Shown one piece after another: positions 54,126-64,000 of a DNA stretch of 64,000 nt. The stretch is from the human T2T-CHM13v2.0 reference genome, Homo sapiens, in NCBI RefSeq assembly GCF_009914755.1, contig NC_060941.1. One strand, given 5' to 3'. The notes under the pieces are model-generated. The model ran no database searches, was not told the origin of the DNA, and was given only the letters and a program-made list of their open reading frames with translations. How positions within the stretch are numbered: position 1 is the first letter of the stretch; every line of letters starts with the position of its first letter. The position numbers and the translations under genes are program-made.

Positions 54126-55500
54126 AAAGACAATAGAAAAAGAAAAAAATTCTAAAAATTCCCAGAGGGTCTAAAAATTTTTTTTCTTACTAAGGAATAA
54201 GAAATCAATTGGCTTTGGAATTTTGGCCCTGTCTGAGATGCTAGAAGACAATTGAAGAATGTCTACATTATTCTGAGAGAAAATTATTTTCAACATGAAC
54301 TTTCATATTCAGTTGAACCATTTTCACACTTAAAGACCAAAGTTTTTAGACCTTCAAAGTCCCAGAAAGTTTATTGTTCATATCAGTTGGAGTTTTTTGT
54401 TGGAAAGCTATACAAACTGACTCTGGTTGATTAAGCAAAAAGGACTTTACTGCAAAGATTTTAGGTAGTATCAGGAAGGCTTGAAAAGTAGGTAGAGGCT
54501 GAGTGCAGTGGCTCATGCCGTTAATTCCAGTACTTTGGGAGGCCGAGGTGGGTGGATCATCTGAGGTTAGGAGTTTGAGACCAGCCTGACCAACAAGGCG
54601 AAACCCTGTCTCTACTAAAAATACAGAAATTAGTCAGGTCTGGTGGCAGGCACGTAATCCCAGCTAGTAGGGAGGCTGAGGCAGGAGAATTGCTTGAACC
54701 TGGGAGGCCGAGGTAGAATCCTAGAGAGACCAGCTCCAATGCCACATCCAAAATCATGCCACAAGAGTCAACTGGTGTGAGTCCTCTCTTTTTCTGCTTC
54801 TCTGCAACACCTGTTCCAGGCTCAGATCTCTGAAAGGGAGCATAGGTTGGCCAAGCCTGAGTTGGGGATGCCTGCCCTGGCACCCATGGAGCAAAGGAGA
54901 GTGTTTGCTTTTGTCATCTTTTAAAGCAGAAGGCAGTTCAAAGATATTCTAGCAAAATGAAAAATAAACCCTTTTAGGAAGGAAGGAAGAGGAAGAGGAA
55001 GTTTTGGGCTACGTGTCATGGTGGAATGAACTCAGGTGTGTGATGAGAAGAAATCCCAGTATGACTTATTATTATTATTATTATTATTATTATTTTGGCA
55101 GGTCCAGAAAGCATTTCTGCAAGTTGGAATAGGAAGTTAGAAGGTCCTTGAAGACTGTCTCGAAGAATGAAGTAGTTACCATGAAACCGATGGTGTAAAT
55201 ATGCAAGTGCAAATGTGGAATGATAAGGAAACAAAAAGTATTTCTCTTTGGGTTAATAGAAAAATATCAAAAGGAAATTATGAGAAAAATAAGAATTGTT
55301 ATGGGATTATAATGGATCAAATGTTAAGTAAAGTAGAAAATGGTGTGAACTGGGTAAATGATGGAGTAAAAGAAACTTTCTTGAAATTGTAGCCAACCCT
55401 TTGAAGATTAGCTATTTCAGTAGAAGGGAGAAGATGAGATATAAGGTGAATTTGTATTTAATCATGTTGGGGCTCAGCAGTTGCTTCAGTTTTATATTAG

Positions 55501-55506
55501 TTTATT
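55501..55506 (-). terminator. CCL15: CCL15 poly(A) signal AATAAA
   Basis: tttatt on + strand ~165 nt after the stop. Confidence 0.6.
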
Positions 55507-55669
55507 TCCTCTTAAAACTCAAGCAAAGTTAAAAAATTGAATACTCTTTATTAGATGCATTACTTTCATTACCAGACACAACAATATATATATTTTTTAA
55601 GTATTTCAGACCAAGAAACTCACAGGAGGTGTTGGAGGTGGGTGGCTGGCCTCTTTTGTCTCTTTATTA

Positions 55670-59395
<3,726 letters not shown>

Positions 59396-59477
59396 CCTCC
59401 TGGTGGGCAGGCAGGGCTGGCCGAGGACTCCTGGGCTCACTGCTTCCTGGCTCCCCGGGATACCAGCTCTGCCCTTG

Positions 59478-59485
59478 TATTTATA
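59478..59485 (-). promoter_or_regulatory. CCL15: CCL15 TATA box (TATAAATA)
   Basis: Canonical TATA ~85 nt upstream of the ATG. Confidence 0.8.
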
Positions 59486-59500
59486 AGAAGAGGAGGATCC

Positions 59501-59641
59501 AGGAAGTCCCAGGGCAGAGGTCAGAATGCTCTTCTTTAGCTATATAATAGTTACCATGCAGTTTCTAAAAAGAGAACAAGGCTGAGAGTGCAACAGAAAG
59601 TAGAGGACAAAGATGACTTGAACTGTCCCTGTGGATTTCCC
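59501..59641 (-). promoter_or_regulatory. Two NF-kB-like sites in the CCL15 promoter
   Basis: GGGACTTCCT (59510-59501) and GGGAAATCC (59641-59633) just upstream of the TATA box. Confidence 0.6.
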
Positions 59642-59837
59642 GAATTATCCCAATAGCTACAGGCAGATAAAAAAAAATGTTTCAAGGAAGAGTCTTCCCT
59701 CCAGGAGATTAATCTAATCCTCTAAGCCTGAGATAGGAGTGGGGGACTATCTTAGACTCTTGGATTCAGGATTGGGATGTGGTGAATGCTGCCTTTTTTC
59801 CCTTTCCAGTTCTATTCCTGTAGTTCCAACCAGGAGG

Positions 59838-60392
59838 TGTTAGCAGTGGTGAATCCATATCAGTCTGCAGCAGCCTCAGTTCTTGCCTCCTCAGAAGAAA
59901 TAATTCAACTGAGGGGTATAAGGCAGAGTGAGAGACCGAGACAAGATTTAGAGCAGGAATGAAAGTAAAGAACACTTGGAAAAGTGCCAAGCAGGTGACT
60001 GGAGAGATTCAAGTGCCTGGTTTGACCTTTGGATTGGGGTTTTATATGCTGGCATTCCGCATGCGCAGTGGTCTGCCAGCACTAGGGAGGGGCTGCATGC
60101 ACAGTGTGCTTACTGGAGTTGTACGCATGCTCACTTGAGGCATTCCTTCTTGACCAGTCAAGTGTTCCTAGGTCACATACCAGTTGAACTCTGCCATTTT
60201 GCCTCTTAGTGCACATACTTGAGCCTACTTGCCTGACTCCTGAGATCTTAATGGGAAACTGTTGATCACCAGTTTGAGATATTTCTATCTATTGGGAGAC
60301 TGTCTTTGCTGGTGCTGGCTTTGACCAATTACTGTTTTAGAGAGACAGTGTAACAACTGCCTGACCATCATCTGATGGTTGTCTGACATTCA
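59838..60392 (-). mobile_element. MER50-like ERV1 solo LTR just upstream of the CCL15 promoter
   Basis: Minus strand begins TGTTTCATAGTAGGTAGTTATTCAGACATGAGCAGGGC and ends ...CTGCTAACA. Confidence 0.75.
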
Positions 60393-61411
60393 TGGTGGGG
60401 CAGGGGGCTCTCCCGCCCTGCTCATGTCTGAATAACTACCTACTATGAAACAGGGATTTTTTTTTTTTTTGAGACGGAGTTTTGCTCTTGTTGCCCAGGC
60501 TGGAGTGCAGTGGTGCATTCTCACTCACTGCAAACTCCACCTTCTGGGTTCAAGCGATTCTCCTGCCTCAGCCTCCTGAGTAGATGGGATTACAGGCATG
60601 TGCCACCACACTCAGCTAATTTTGTATGTTTAGTAGAGACGGGGGTGTTCACCATATTAGTCAGGTTGGTCTCGAACTACTGACCTCAGGTGATCCACCT
60701 GCCTCGGCCTCCCAAACAAAGGGACTTCAAAGGTAAGAATGAGTCAAGCTGGCCACGAAAATGGAGAACTGGAAAATCTCAAGATTAGAGGCTAGAAGAC
60801 CTTCCCAGGCACTGATGATGCCACGTCAAGTTCTAACCACCCCATCTTGGACCTTCAAGTGCCTCCAAAGCCTATGATAAAGGGTGGCCACCAGAGGGAA
60901 TTCTCTAATCTGCGAACTTGGCTGTGATTTTTCAAACAGAATCTGCCAGTGGCTTCTCATGGACTTGAGTCAACTCCAAGGTTTGTGTATGAGTGTAGAA
61001 AGTCCTTCAGAATAGGGTTCTCCTTATATGCACAACTCCTCTAGTTTCTAATGTAATGGCATTTAAATGCATATTAAGTTTAAATAGTGATGCACCTATT
61101 AATTTAGATTTTATACTTTTTTCTTTTGGAGTTAATTTTTTTTTTCAGGACCCCAATACTAAATGCCTAATGGGTAAATTGGCCCTGTGCAATACTAATT
61201 CCTAGCAACCCATTAACTCTACTCAGCAGTCAGCTCTGCCAGAAAGACTTCTTGGCTGTCGCTCCCACGAGGCTGGGCCAGGTGTCCCTTTTCAGTGTTT
61301 CTGGTACAGCATCTATCTGGTACTTAAATCTACGATAGCACCAGTCACATTCTATTTTAAGTGCTTATTTATTTAATGGCTCTCCTCATTCCCCCGCCCC
61401 CATACAACAGG

Positions 61412-61444
<33 letters not shown>

Positions 61445-61826
61445 ACATTAAAAAAAAACATGGCCAGGTACAGTGGCTCATGCCTGTAATCCCAGCACTT
61501 AAGCTTGAGCTCAGGAGTTCCAGACCATCCTAAGCAACAAAGCGAGACCTCATTTCTACAAAAAAAAAAAAACAGGCTTGGTGGCACGGGCCTGCAGTCC
61601 CAGTTACTTGAGAGGCTGAGGCAGGAGGATTTCTTGTGCTTGGGCGTGCTGCAGGCTGCAGTGACCTATGATCACACCACTGTACTCCAGCCTGGGTGAC
61701 AGAGTGAGACCCTGTGTCAAAACAAAACAAATCAGCCACATAACATGAGATTTACCCCCTTAACAAACTTCCAAGTGTGCAGTTACAAGGTCCTTGAAGA
61801 ATGTCTCCAACGGTGAGATAGATACC

Positions 61827-62447
61827 GTACCTGCTGCACAAAAACCATCGCATTGCAGTAAAGAGTTATTACTCAGATCAATCTCATCGAAGGCTCACAG
61901 GTTAAAAGTTTTTGAAAGGTAGTTTGGGGGAGGAGATGAATGTGGCTAGGCAAAGGGAGCTTGCTGCTGACTGCTTGGGGGGTGCAATCATAGAGGTGTG
62001 GGAAATTCACCTCCTGTAGGCTGAATGGCTTCTGGGTGGTGCCGCAGGAGCTGTTGGTGGGTCCAGGTGGAACCATCATCAGTATCTCAATGCAAAAAAA
62101 AACCTGAAAAGGTATCTCAGAAGGCCAAACTTAGGTTCTACAGTAGTGATGTTATCTGCAGGAGAAATTGGGAAGTTGCATATCTTGTGACCTCCACAAT
62201 AATGGCTGGCAATCATTTATGTCTGCACTTTCACCTTAGCAAAATTCAGGCTCCTCTATCCTCCTAGCCTGGTAGTCTCTCATTAGCTTTACAAAAGTGG
62301 TTGAGTTTTGGGGAAGGGCTAATCATCTAAACTATAAACTAAATGTCTGGCAGCTTGAAAGCTAAAGGCAAGAAGAGAGTGGGCTAGATCAGATCTTCCC
62401 ATTGTCATGGTTTTCTCACTGTTATAATTTTTGCAAAGTTGGTTTCA
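61827..62447 (-). mobile_element. LTR8-like ERV1 LTR
   Basis: Minus strand begins TGAAACCAACTTTGCAAAAATTATAAC. Confidence 0.7.
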
Positions 62448-62547
62448 TTAGTATAAAACAAATGGTGTGAGTCTGCAAGTACAAATGCAGAATGATGATA
62501 ATGAAAGGAAGACAAGTATTACTCTCTTGGTTAATAAGAAAAAAGGT

Positions 62548-62934
62548 TGCTAAAAACCTTAGCCAAATTAAATTTAACAGAGTTTAACTGAGCAAAGAAC
62601 AATTTGCGAATAAGGAAGCCTCTTGAGCCAGAGTAGGTTCATAGAGACTCCAGCACAGCCACGTGGTAGAAGATTTATAGACAGAAAAAGAAAAGTGATC
62701 ACAGGAAATGGAAGTGAGGTACAGCAACAGCTGAATTTATTACAGCTGGGTGTTTACCTTATTCAAACATGGTTTGAATAGGTGGTCCCCTTTGACTGGA
62801 CAAAACTCAGTGATTGGCACGAGAGTAGGTTACAGCCTGTTTACACCTCGATTCAGGTTACAGTTCACTATGTACAGATTAGGCTGAACTTAAAATAAGT
62901 GAGAAGGCAGCTTTAGGCTAAAGTTGATTTAACA
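62548..62934 (-). mobile_element. MER57-like ERV1 solo LTR
   Basis: Minus strand begins TGTTAAATCAACTTTAGCCTAAAGCTGCC; TSD aggt (62544-62547, 62935-62938). Confidence 0.8.
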
Positions 62935-63677
62935 AGGTCAATTAAAAATTGCTGGAAAATAAGAATCTACATGAGGTTATCATGGGTTAAATATTAAGTA
63001 AATGACAATGTTGTGTCATCTGGGCAAATGATAAAAGACAGTTTTTATTTTTGTTTTTTAATTTTTTTCTTGAGCTAGGTCTTGCTCTGTCACCCAGACT
63101 GGGATGCAGTGGCTTGATCATAGCTCACTGTAACCTCCAACTCCTGGGCTCAAGTGATCCTCCCACCTCAGCCTCCCAAAGTACTGGGATTACAGATGTG
63201 AGCCACCACACCCAGCCAAAACACCGTTTCCTAAACTGTAGTTAAAACTTCAAGATTAGCTCTTTTAGTAGGGAGGATATAAGATGTAATATGAATTTGT
63301 GTTTACTTTCTTAAGGGTTATAATAATTTCAAGCTTTTATCACCTTCTCAGGGCATTTTTCTAACACAGTTGTGATTTAGTGTTATAAAAGTTATTTGGT
63401 TATTGATCAGTTTTCTCCTGTTGATTTCTTAGACAAATCACACTAAAAGTAAGCATAGAGCTTAAACTTTTTTTTAAATAAAAAATGTTTTGTTGTTTGG
63501 AATTGTTTAGAATTCAGTGCTGTCTTTTGAATTTTATGAGACAGTTTTCCAAGGTGTACTAATTATACATATAAATTTATATACTTTAATAGAGATGTAT
63601 ATAAAATTAATATTAACTATATCTTTAAATGTTTTTCTTAATGTTCTTTAAGTTTAGAGGCGAAATCTCTTAGAAAT

Positions 63678-64000
63678 TGTTACTGTAGGTAGCTAGTCAT
63701 ACATAAACAGGGCAGGAGAGGCTCCTCCCAACCAGGAATGTCAGGTGACCATCAGGTGATGGTCAGGAGGTTGTTAACTGTCTCTCTAGAATAATAATTG
63801 GTTGCAGCCAGCACCAGGGAAAGGCAATGTGCCTATAGATAGAAAAAACCTGAAAATGGTCATCAGCATCTTCCTGGTAAGATCCCAGGAGTTGGGCGAG
63901 TGAGCTCATGCATGCGCGTCAAGAGGCAAAATGGTGGAGTTTAACTCATCTAGGACCTTCTGGGGGCATTCCATCAGTAAAGGGAAGAACACCTCAAGTG
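63678..64000 (+). mobile_element. MER50-like LTR running off the window end
   Basis: Starts TGTTACTGTAGGTAGCTAG...CAGGGCAGGAGAGG; same family as 59838-60392 but opposite orientation. Confidence 0.7.

Overview
This is primate, almost certainly human, genomic DNA from the 17q12 CC-chemokine cluster. Three complete minus-strand chemokine genes can be assembled by hand with canonical GT-AG introns: CCL16 (3 exons, 120 aa), CCL14 (3 exons, 93 aa, plus a 48-nt cassette exon giving the 109-aa HCC-3 form) and CCL15 (4 exons, 113 aa). The splice signals that would create the known bicistronic CCL15-CCL14 read-through mRNA are visible. At the left edge, a minus-strand exon with a perfect CRE just upstream is probably the 5' end of LYZL6, inferred from synteny. 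The rest is dense in Alu, L1, ERV LTR, MIR/L2 and DNA-transposon relics. The most unexpected element is a two-exon, intron-containing, frameshifted genomic copy of the TANC2 P-loop region at about 21.4-23.4 kb, which is an unprocessed duplication relic. Other structural oddities are a ~247-bp direct repeat bracketing CCL14 exon 1 and its promoter, a paralogous CCL15 3'-flank upstream of CCL15 split by three later insertions, and an Alu flanked by an 88-bp duplication. Repeat family names and protein identities come from recall, not database searches. Repeat boundaries are approximate unless a target-site duplication (TSD) is given. No prokaryotic-type system (CRISPR etc.) is present, and I do not claim a wholly new biological system.
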